NCBI GenBank assembly: GCA_964016885.1
Contig: OZ024754.1
Location: 4,588,001 to 4,652,000 of the forward strand
DNA length: 64,000 nt
Direction: 5' to 3'
From: Eledone cirrhosa
Taxonomy: Eukaryota
Under the pieces are notes generated by a model. The model was not told where the DNA came from, did not search any database, and worked only from the letters and a program-made list of their open reading frames with translations. Below are positions 52,658-64,000 of this stretch, piece by piece (the stretch's first letter is position 1; each line of letters opens with the position of its first letter). A program made the translations under genes and the position numbers.

Positions 52658-53307
52658 GTTTTTATTTAAGTTATAATACTTATGGTTTGTGGGGAAGAGA
52701 GTTTGTTTCTAATATACCATATAAAAAATGGGGGAAACAAACAGAAAGAAAGACTAGGGAAATGTAGAGAAAAGAAAAAGAAAGAAAGGAAAAAAGAAAA
52801 AAGAACGGGAAGAGGAGTGGGTGGGATAGCAAGAGCTCTGGTGTCACAGAAGAGAGTGGGGGTGATTGGGAAGTCGTCTCGCTGAATTGTCACAAAGTTT
52901 AATTAGTGCTTAGTTTATTGTATAGTGACATTGGTAAATGTACCAATAATTAGAAAGTATTATGGTTTAAGATTAACCCGTTTCAATAACTATATAACAA
53001 ACATACAGAAACTATTTTGTCACGATAAATTTCGGGTTTCAAGGTTAAACACACCAATTTAGGCTTCAAAATCAAAAATATTTGGAGCAGTTTGCATGAC
53101 TCTGCAATTTCTCCACCGCTGAGAAACTAACGATGTTTATTCAACCCCGGGGATAACCTGAAGAGAATTTCAGAACATATATCATTTTTTCAGATACAGA
53201 AATTCTGTTCACTGTCTAATTATAAAGTAGCTCACCGCTAAACCTTTTCTTAATTACGTTACACCCGTTTAAAACAATATATACAAACTAGTGGCCTCGT
53301 GTCGTCA

Positions 53308-53520
53308 ATAATGGTTTCTTATATAGGCACAAGACCAGCAATTTTGGGGGAGGGGAAGTCGATTAAATCGACCCCAGTGCGTGACTGGTAATTTATTTTA
53401 TCGACCCCGTTAGGATGAAAGGTAAAGTTAACCTCGGCGGGATTTGATCTCAGATCATAAAGGGCCGTAACTCTATGCTGCAAAGCATGGCGTCCGACCC
53501 TCTACCGATACTGCCAATCC
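53308..53520 (-). mobile_element. tRNA-derived SINE (long-tail variant)
   Basis: Reverse-complement family match. Confidence 0.85.
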
Positions 53521-53579
53521 AACGGTAATACAGTTAGATATATGTAATGTTTAGAGTCCAGGCTTGGTATGCCATATAT

Positions 53580-53874
53580 CAGGCATGTCAAACTGAGTGT
53601 GTCCCCCTGGACTCTAAACATTACATACATCTAACTGTATTACCGTTGGATTGGCAGTATCAGTAGAAGGTCGGACGCCATGTTTTGCAGCATAGAGTTA
53701 CGGCCCTTTATGATTTGAGTTCAAATCCCGCCGAGGTTAACTTTGCCTTTTACACACACGACAACTAATTTTTTTTATTATTTTATATTACGAAGTTAAA
53801 ACATGCTCGCGCTGTAAAAACTGTTGTGTGGGCCGCAGGTATGCCTGTAAAGGGCCGCATGTTTTACATGCCTG
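53580..53874. mobile_element. Non-autonomous hAT element with captured flanking DNA
   Basis: TIRs CAGGCATGTCAAAC and GTTTTACATGCCTG match at 13 of 14 positions. An 8-bp TSD, CCATATAT, lies at 53572-53579 and 53875-53882. Subterminal GGCCGC motifs are present. Confidence 0.8.
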
Positions 53875-56371
53875 CCATATATACCAGGAATATATATATA
53901 TATATATGAACAGTCATACAAACTGTGAAATTTGCATAAGAGAAACCCTATAATCTATATTGATTATTGGTAAGTGGATGTGATTAAAGATAAGAATATT
54001 TTCGTAATATTTTCTATCATCTAATTACATAAATATTGCACACATTTATATGTCTCTTTAGATTTATATAATTTCTATATATTTACGGAGGAATTGTTAC
54101 AGCCACCACCAGCACTGCAACCCCCACTGTCACCTTCACTACCATCATCACCATCATACTCATCATCACAACAACCACCACCACAGCCATCATCACCTCC
54201 ACCAACACAACCGCCATCATCATCATCATCATCAGAACAGCCACCACCACAACCACCACCAAGACAACCACTACCATCATCATCACCAACACAACTAACA
54301 TCATCATTACCAACACAACCACCACCACCAAGACCACTAACACCAACACCACCATCACTAACACCACCACCAACAACACCACCACCACCCTCACGCCCAC
54401 CACCAATACCCCCACGCCCACCATCAACACCCCCACCCCCACGCCCACCACCAACACCACCGGCATCATCACAACATCCACCACCACCACCAACAACACC
54501 ACCACCAACATCCACCACCACCGCCATCATCATCATCACAACATCCACCACCACCACTACCATCATCATCATCATCAAACGTCCACCTTGACATTAAAAC
54601 CATTAATCAGCACCATTGAACACTTTAGAAACAGACCTTTAAAGATATGTAGAAATATAGAAATAATTTCATCAAAAACAAATATTTAAAAGACGACAAC
54701 AACAACAACAACAGCCATAGCAACAACAACAACAACAGCTACAACAGCTACAATTTCTACAACAACAATAACAATAGTTACTATAACACCGACAAGAACT
54801 ATGACATCGAGACAACAACATTAACAATAAATATAGAAATAACAACAGCAATAACATAACCAATATGGCTGACATCAAGGACATCCGCAATAACAACAAG
54901 AATACCAACTATAATAACAACAATGACACACACAACAACAACAACAACAATGGCAATAACATCTATAACCTGAAGGACACCAACAACAATAACATCTATA
55001 AACAGAACACCAACAACAACATCACCACCAACAACGACGACTTACACAACAACAACAACAACAATAATAGCAACAATAACAGCAATAACAACAATAATAA
55101 CAACATCCATAACGTCAAGGACACCACCACCAACAACAACAACTGTAATGAATATAACAGCATTAATACAACACAAATTACAACTACAACAACAGCTACT
55201 ACAACTATTACAACAACAGTTACTACAACAGCTACTACAATAGCTACTACTACTACAACACCAACTACTACAATAGCTACTACTACTACTACACCAACTA
55301 CTACAATAGCTACTACAACACCAACTACTATAGCAGCAACAATAACAACTACTACCACAACAGTTACTACAACAACTGCAACAGCTACTACAACTACTAC
55401 AACAATAGCTACTACAACAGCAACAATAACTACTACCACAACAGCTACTACAGCTACTACAACTACTACAACAACAGCAACTACAACAGCAGCTACTACA
55501 ACAACAGCAACTACAACTACAACAGCAGCTACTACAACAGCAGCTACTACAACAACAGCAACTACAACTACAACAGCAGCTACTACAACAGCAGCTACTA
55601 CAACAACAGCAGCTACTACAACAACAGCTACTACTACAACAACAGCTACTACAACAGCAACAATAACTACTACCACAACAACTACAACAGCTACTACAAC
55701 TACTTCAACTACAACAGCAACTATAGCAGCTACGACAACAACAGCTACAACTAAAACAACAACTACAACACCAAGAACAGCTACAACTACTACAATAGTT
55801 ACTACTACAACACCAACTACTACAATAGCTACTACACCAACTACAACAGCAGCTACAACAACACCACCAACAACAACAACAACTACATAGAAAAAGTCGA
55901 CTTAATGGTGTAGAAACCAAAATTAATCGTGCGACAATTTAACCCGTGTGACCTTGGAGCAACTAAATTGTACAAACTGGATTTTTGTCTTACATCTCTC
56001 TCTCTCTCCCCATCCCTCACTCTCTCCCCTATCCCTCTCTCTTTCCATCTCTCTTTCTCTCTCCATCTCTCTCTCTCCATCTCTCTCTCTCCATCTCTCT
56101 CTCCCCATCTCTCTCTCCCCATCTCTCTCTCCCCATCTCTCTCTCCCCATCTCTCTCTCTCTCTCCCCATCTCTCTCTCTCTCTCTCTCTCCCCATCTCT
56201 CTCTCTCTCTTTCCATCTCTCTCTCTCTCTCTCTTTCCATCTCTCCCTCTCTCTCTCTTTCCATCTCTCTCCCTCCATCTCTCTCCATCTCTCTCCATCT
56301 CTCTCCATCTCTCTCTCTCCATCTCTCTCCATCTCCATCTCTCTCCCTCCATCTCCATCTCTCTCCCTCCA

Positions 56372-56428
<57 letters not shown>

Positions 56429-57102
56429 ATCTGTTTATTCATTTATTTGTTTATCTACGTATCTCCATACACATCTATTTATTTATCTATCTATCTATTA
56501 ATGCAATTTTTTTTCTATATAAATATTATGTCGTCAAGTATAAAATTTGTAGAAATTTGTTTTGCTTTCCACAAACTTCTACAAATTTCATACTTGATGA
56601 CATAATATATAAGTATGCATGTGTTTGTGAAATATTGCATCCTCGACTTATTTCTTTGCAAAAATACTTACAATAGTTTCTTCAATCTAGAGAATGGCTT
56701 CAGATCTTTGATTTAAATATTTCTACAACAGATCTGTTTTATTGATACGTGGGGAGGGGGGGGGGGGGCTATTTTAAAGACCATCACTTTGTTCCCAATA
56801 ATTGTTCTATATTTCCCAATTTGGACAAAACACAACATATTCTGGTGTTCAATAAGCGACACCGTATGTAATTAATCTAGAATCTCTTTCTTTCTTTCTC
56901 TCTCTCTCTCTCTCATTCCCTTGTTCTATTTTTCTCTTTCTTTCCCTCTCTCGTTCTTTCGTCTCTCTCTCTCTCACTCTCGTATTCTCCTTCAATCTCT
57001 CTTTCTCTCTCACTCTTGTATTCTTCTTCAATCTCTCTTTCTCTCTCACTCTTGTATTCTTCTTCAATCTCTCTCTCACTCTCTCCTTTATTATCCCCCC
57101 CC

Positions 57103-57140
<38 letters not shown>

Positions 57141-57243
57141 ATTCTCCCCCTCTCTCTCTCTCACCCTTGAATTCTCCTTCTCTCACTCTCTCTCTCTCTC
57201 ATTCTCCTTCAATCTCTCTCTCTCTCTATCTCTCATTCTCCTT

Positions 57244-57279
<36 letters not shown>

Positions 57280-57518
57280 CTCCTTCAATCTCTCTCTCTC
57301 ATCGATATATTACACATACGTCAAGTATAAGACTGAAAACCAAACTTAAACAACAAATCCTTTATTAGGATGTTCCCCCTAACGAAGCCATGCTGTCGTA
57401 TATCACAGGTGAAGCCAGGTAAAAATACAACAGAAACCAGTGAGAAACTGTAGGAAACATCTTAATACATTAACACGATTTTTTAATGGTAAGAATATTA
57501 TTGAATATTATTATATCA

Positions 57519-57705
57519 GTGGATTGGCAGTATCGGTAGAGGGTCGGACGCCATGCTTTGACGCATAGTTACGGCCCTTGCCATTCTGAGTTCAAATCCT
57601 GCCGAAGTTAACTTTGCCTTTCATCCTTACGGGGTCGATAAAATAAAGTACCAGTAATGCACTGGGGTAATTGCTGGCCTTGTGCCAAAAAGTAGAAACA
57701 ATTAT
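57519..57705 (+). mobile_element. tRNA-derived SINE
   Basis: Family match; attatatca flanks both sides. Confidence 0.85.
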
Positions 57706-57764
57706 ATCATCAACTAAGGAAATTAGAAGTAACCTTGTACATATATATATATATATATATGTAT

Positions 57765-57884
57765 AGGAGCGAGTAGGACCCCGACGGCTGAGCTCAAGCC
57801 GTTCCTATTACCCACTCTACTACCCTAAGTATTGAGTACTTTGGTGCGTTAGGTCCACCTGGTTCCTTACCACATTTCCTTCGT
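57765..57884 (+). mobile_element. Family C element with internal deletion
   Basis: The left arm is joined directly to the tail at gccgttcc. Confidence 0.7.
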
Positions 57885-57997
57885 TATATATATATATATA
57901 TATATATATAAAAGCAATGAGTTGCTTGGCAGTGTTCTATCAAGATCTTTCTTGCTGGTATATCATGAAATAAATTATATATTATACATCTCATATG

Positions 57998-58075
57998 TAT
58001 TTTGCCTGAAGAAGGCATGCTCTGATTTATGTTAAACCTAAATTTTTGCATCCCCGAAATAGATATAATGAAATA
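57998..58075 (+). ncRNA. Family A hammerhead, partly degenerate
   Basis: TATTTTGC-CTGAAGA-aGGcATGC..GCATcCCc-GAAA-TAGATAT-A-ATGAAATA. Confidence 0.55.
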
Positions 58076-58542
58076 AATAGTGATGATATTAAGTTATATC
58101 TTTCGTTTATTACTATTATTCTGTTTTAAATTTTTTTTTTTTTTTTTTTTTTTTGCGAGATTTCTTATCTGAAAACGTGTGTTGAAACAGATATTGTTAT
58201 ACTTTGGGAGGGTCATATTGCCAATAAAAACACACGCACTTGTTGGTTTTCACTTCAATTTATTATAAATTTCCGGTTGGCTGGTTGGTTGGTTGGTTCG
58301 ATAACCGGAAGGTTGTTTATATATCGCCAAAGCTCTTTCGTTACACATTCTGGGACCTTCTCAGTGACTGTTTTTATTTTGTGTGTCTCTCTTTTGTTCT
58401 CTCCTACACCATCTTGTGTTTGTGTGGCACCATGACCCGCCCAAAGTATAACTATATATATATATATATAAAGAAAAAGAGATGAAATCGAAAATGCAAC
58501 TGGAGTCTTATTTTTTTTTTAAATATATATATTTATTTGGTT

Positions 58543-58580
58543 CCTTTACCGGTTTCGCAGTTCTTCTGCTTTTCAAAAGG
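58543..58580 (-). ncRNA. Minimal type I hammerhead with U3-A8 core variant, family D
   Basis: CCTT-TTGAAAA-GCAG aagaa CTGC-GAAA-CCGG-TA-AAGG (38 nt). Confidence 0.7.
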
Positions 58581-59087
58581 TGAGTTGAGATGGAGGGTCT
58601 GTGGTTTTTCTCACATATATATATATATACGTAGTATTTTTTCTGTAGAATTATAATCTCCAATGTTGCGATGATAGATATGAAGCAGAGCTTCTTACCA
58701 TAATTTTCATTTTGGAATTCTTTCTAACAGAATCTGCTATTTTTTTTTGAAAACTTTGTTCAACACTTTTATTGATATCATCTTTCACTAAGCTGCTATT
58801 TTATTTAACGACACTAGAATGGTGAAATGTGTGGGATTTGAGCTTAACATTCAGGATATTAAAGTAAAGACTGTTGCTAAACAGAGTAGCTAAAGTTTCC
58901 TCCAATTGCCATCAACCGTTTAAACAAAAGAAGGAGGTCACGTTGGAAGAGATACTTCTGAATACATTTGTGTTATGGGAAACAAAGACACTTTGATCTT
59001 AGGTTTACTCGATCAGGGGTAACTCTGGGTTAACATTACTAATACTACTACTACTGCTGCTACTACTACTACAATTATTATTATTAT

Positions 59088-59250
59088 TAGAGGGTCAGAC
59101 ACCATGCTTTGCATCATAGAGTTACGGCCCTTTATGATCTGAGTTCAAATCCCGCAGAGGTTAACTTTGCCTTTCATCCTTACGGGGTCGATAAAATAAA
59201 ATACCAGTAATGCACTGGGATAATTGCTGGCCTTGTGCCAAAAGTAGAAA

Positions 59251-59252
<2 letters not shown>
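59088..59252 (+). mobile_element. tRNA-derived SINE, slightly 5'-truncated
   Basis: Family match with an (ATT)n tail. Confidence 0.8.
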
Positions 59253-59292
<40 letters not shown>

Positions 59293-59350
59293 TAACTACC
59301 ACAAAAAGGAGGGATGTGTGTGTATATTTATGCGTGCCTTATATATGTAT

Positions 59351-59483
59351 CAGAATTAGCCGTCGAAACGGCTTGAGCTCAGCCGTCGGGGTCTTACTGG
59401 TTCCTATTACCCACTCTACTTCCCTAAGTATTGAGTACTTTGGTCCGTTATGGTCCACCTGGTTCCTTACCACATTTCCTTCG

Positions 59484-59484
<1 letters not shown>
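59351..59484 (+). mobile_element. Family C element, 5'-truncated without fold-back
   Basis: cagaattagccgtcGAAAcggcttgagctcagccgTCggggtc plus the family tail. Confidence 0.7.
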
Positions 59485-59531
<47 letters not shown>

Positions 59532-59563
59532 ATAGAGAGGTATGAAATGAGTGAGAGAAATGC

Positions 59564-59604
<41 letters not shown>

Positions 59605-59637
59605 GCGTATATATAAATACCATATTTTTTGATACCC

Positions 59638-59688
59638 AGATTCCTGATGATTTCTAAAGAATGAAACAGTTCTAGTCCTGTAGAATCT
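59638..59688 (+). ncRNA. Type I hammerhead ribozyme motif, family B
   Basis: AGATTC-CTGATGA-tTTC taaa GAAt-GAAA-CAG ttctagtc CTG-TA-GAATCT. Confidence 0.8.
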
Positions 59689-59700
59689 CATCTATATTAA

Positions 59701-59734
<34 letters not shown>

Positions 59735-59749
59735 GTATTTATTTTTACG

Positions 59750-59780
<31 letters not shown>

Positions 59781-59833
59781 ATGTATTCAGAAACGATATA
59801 TATATATATATACATATAATGTACATTTATATA

Positions 59834-59905
<72 letters not shown>

Positions 59906-60569
59906 TGTACTTATATATAGGGGTAGGTGGGAAATACATAAAATAAACACTCGTTTTTCCAGTGATTCAAGAACTCTTAAAATATTCCAGGCATTTCGAT
60001 GGGTTGGTAATTGGGAAAACATTCAGGTGTGTGTGTGTGCGTGTGTAGGTATGTGTGTGTGTGTGTGTAGATGGGTGTGTATGTGCGTGTGTGTGTGTGT
60101 GTGTGTGTGTAGATGGGTGTGTATGTGCGCGTGTGTGTGTAGGTGTGTGTGTGTGTGTGTGTGTAGGTGTGTGTGTGTGTGTGTGTGTGGATGGGTGTGT
60201 ATGTGCGCGTGTGTGTGTATGTGTGTGTGTATGTGTGTGTGTAGGTGTGTGTGTGTGTGTGTGTAGATGGGTGTGTATGTGCGCGTGTGTGTGTGTGTGT
60301 GTAGATGGGTGTGTGTGTGTGTGTGTAGATGGGTGTGTATGTGCGCGTGTGTGTGTGTGTGTGTAGATGTGTGTGTAGATGTGTGTAGATGTGTGTCTAG
60401 GCGTGTGTGAGGGGGGTGTATGGGGTTGTGACCATCATAAACAGAAAACACACCAACAACTATAAAGTGACAATTATTATTATTATTAACATTGTTCTCA
60501 TCATCATCATCATTGTTATTCTTATTGTTCTTGTCGTCGTCGTTTTCATCATTATCGTCATTATCGTCG

Positions 60570-60916
<347 letters not shown>

Positions 60917-61791
60917 GGTGTTATTTATACTGTAATGATAACAATATGCTACCTAACGATATGGTGAAGGGGACGAAAGAGGAGAAGATGGAGAAGAGGA
61001 AAGAGAAGGAGAAGAAGATGGAGACGAAGAAGACGGAGAAGACGAAGAAGACGAAGGAGAAGACGGAGGAGAAGACGAAGAAGACGAAGGAGGAGACGAA
61101 GAAGAAGACGACGAAGGAGGAGACGGAGACGAAGAAGTCGGAGAAGACGAAGGAGAAGGAGGAGAATGAGGAGAGGAAGAATGAGAGGAAGAGGAAGAAG
61201 CAGAGGAGGAGGGAGAGGAGATGACGTGAAATACCTTCTTTTTTAGTGCCAGTACCTTAAACTAGGAGAGGTGAATGAGAAATGACATTGTCGAGACATT
61301 CATGCCTTTCCCAAATACATTAAATAAAAGGGGCAATAATTGTCTCTTTCGGAACTCCAGGGGGAGGCGTTTGGGAGCAAGGTCGCGTCAGGGGGGGGGG
61401 GCTGGAAGAGTCTTTATTTTGGTAAGTTTTATAACCCATATTTGTATGTCTTTGAGACAGCCAGTGTGAATGTATTTGAATGAGCTTGCAGACAACATAA
61501 CTATAGTCTGACCGCAGCTGTGAGCAGGTGTGCAGACACGTCCGGTAAATGAGACGCTAACCGGTAATTGAGATCCTAAAAATGAAAAAACCCACATTCA
61601 ACTGTGTCAAGGACACTTTGAGCGCAGCCAGTTAGAATCTTATTTTTCCTGCACCGATAACAATGTATTTCATGTCTGAAATTATTGACTCAACCGCAAC
61701 GAGTTAACACTATGTAGATCTATTTTATTCCCTATTGTATAAATAATATTACAAATAAAAAAAAAAGAAAAGAAAAACAGAAGCGGGTAGC

Positions 61792-62082
61792 ACACACATC
61801 TAGGACCACATAAAAACACATAATCAGATAATACACACATCTAGGACCACATACAACATATAATCAGATAATACACACATCTAGGACCACATACAACACA
61901 TAATCAGATAATACACACATCTAGGACCACATACAACACATAATCAGATAATACACACATCTAGGACCACATACAACACATAATCAGATAATACACACAT
62001 CTAGGACCACATACAACATATAATCAGATAATACACACATCTAGGACCACATACAACACATAATCAGATAATACACACATCT
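61792..62082. repeat. 40-bp minisatellite, about 7 copies
   Basis: Unit acacacatctaggaccacatacaacacataatcagataat. Confidence 0.92.
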
Positions 62083-62538
62083 TTGGAATATTGTTAATCA
62101 ATTTTTTAGTAATCTACTGATATAAAAATCAGTAGTATATTGAAAAATGGAAAAATAGGGGAGGGAGGGCGTTTCGTGATTTCGAGGGACAAAAGGGGGC
62201 GTTTGGCCTAAATGGGTTGAGAACCTGTGATCTACACCATCCCTAACACCGCCAACAGCACCATCAATTAACTACACCGCCAACACCACCGCCACCTAAC
62301 TACACCATCCCTAACACCCCCAACCCCCACCACCACCATCAACTGACCATCCCACCACCATCAGCTAACCACCCCACCAACACCTAACCACATCATTCCA
62401 GTGAGATGTTCAATTGGTAGCTCTGACTTCGATCAATTTCACATGATCAGATCGAACTAGTATTTGACAATAAGCGATGAGATGTAGAGTGTTTGATATG
62501 GTACAAACACTAGTATTTCACTCTACTACCCTCACACA

Positions 62539-62576
<38 letters not shown>

Positions 62577-62601
62577 TAACTCCTCCTCAGAGCCCCCCCC
62601 C

Positions 62602-62713
62602 CCCCGTAAGGATGAAAGGCAAAGTCAACCTCGGCTGGATTTGAACTCAGACCGTAAAGGGACGTAACTATGCTGGAAAGCATGGCGTCCGTCTCTCTAC
62701 CGATACTGCCAAT
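62602..62713 (-). mobile_element. tRNA-derived SINE, 5' half
   Basis: Reverse-complement head and part of the central domain. Confidence 0.8.
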
Positions 62714-62750
62714 TGTATCTTGTACACCTGCGTTGTTGTTTTTTGTATTC

Positions 62751-62819
<69 letters not shown>

Positions 62820-63320
62820 CACTGATGATGTTGCAGATGTGCAACGAAAGAACTTTGATAGACTATATATATGTGTTTATATCTGTATTTGTAACCGTTG
62901 GTCAGTCAATGATAAACATTGATTGCCAAATAAATAAACTATGGAGATATAAAAGATACAGAAGCGAAAACCAACCAAACAGTGTTCTGGCAATATTGTG
63001 CCAAAAGTAGAAATAATTATTACAACAATATGACCCTCCCCAAGTATAACTATATATATATATATAATCTTCTTTCAATGTCTGAGTTTCTCCTTCTCTC
63101 TCTCGCTCGCTCTTTCTCTCTCTCCCTCTCTCTCACTCTGTTTCTCTCTCTCTCCCTCTCTCTCTCTCCCTCTCTCTCTCCCTCTCTCTCCCTCTCTGTT
63201 TCTCTCTCTCTCCCTCTCTCACTCTCTGTTTCTCTCTCTCTCCCTCTCTCACTCTCTGTTTCTATCTCTCTCTCCCTCTCTGTTTCTCTCTCTCTCTCCC
63301 TCTCCCTCTCTCTCCCTCTC

Positions 63321-63371
<51 letters not shown>

Positions 63372-64000
63372 CTCTCTCACTCTCTGTTTCTCTCTTTCTC
63401 TCTCAGTTTCTCTCTTTCTCTACCTCTACCTCTCTCCAACCATCTATCCAGCACAACACCAACCACACGATTTCATCCTGCCTCCTTCAATAAATGGTTA
63501 GTAGTAGTAGTAGTGGTGGTGGTGGTAGTGTAGTGATGGGGGATGTGGTGGGGTGATCTATCTTTCTCTGCCCATCTACCCTAGGAAATCCCCCGGCACA
63601 TCGTGATCCAGTGAAACACAAGAATGGGAAAGTTGTAGAGGCTGGGAGCTGCAGTTGCTCGGGGTACTGTGACATAGACAATACATAGGTAACAGCATTC
63701 GGAGACAAAGGCTGATGGCGCGCACACACACACATGCACATATACACGCACACACATATACACGCACACTCACACACATATACACACTCACACACATTTA
63801 CACACTCACACACATACAAACACTCACACACATACACACATACACACCCTCGCACAAATAGACACACACACTCGCGCACACACTCACATAAATAGACACA
63901 CACACACACATCTACACACGTACACACAAGTAACATTACAACACACATATGACACACACATATGCACACAATAACGATACATATATATAGAGACACACAC

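Noticed and set aside
54075-55890. Pro-rich and Thr/Asn-rich ORFs resembling extensin or mucin
   Set aside because: They are degenerate (CCA)n, (CAA)n and (CTA)n trinucleotide repeats open in several frames and strands, with no splice or domain evidence.
61250-61430. Exon-like segment ending in TTG/GTAAGT
   Set aside because: It has a good donor site but no recognisable coding signal or convincing neighbouring exon.

Overview
This is eukaryotic (animal) genomic DNA, very AT-rich and dominated by microsatellites ((TA)n, (CA)n, (CT)n, ATAG, CAA/CAT). The SINE family and repeat style suggest an octopod cephalopod (inference). No host protein-coding gene can be supported, and nearly all listed ORFs are microsatellite translations. 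The window holds about 20 copies of a tRNA-derived SINE, two decayed RTE-type LINE 3' fragments, a 13-copy tandem array of tRNA-Thr(UGU)-like genes, several minisatellites and a hAT MITE. It also holds many short elements, mostly embedded in (TA)n and often fold-back, that carry hammerhead ribozyme (HHR) motifs and are most likely Penelope-like element (PLE) termini or non-autonomous derivatives. About 16 type I HHR cores from several families are visible. One family has a compensatory U3-A8 core. A separate family has its catalytic strands in the order UH > GAAA > CUGAUGA, a non-circularly permuted, pseudoknotted hammerhead supported by covariation among diverged copies. All RNA structures were folded by eye and no catalytic activity has been shown.
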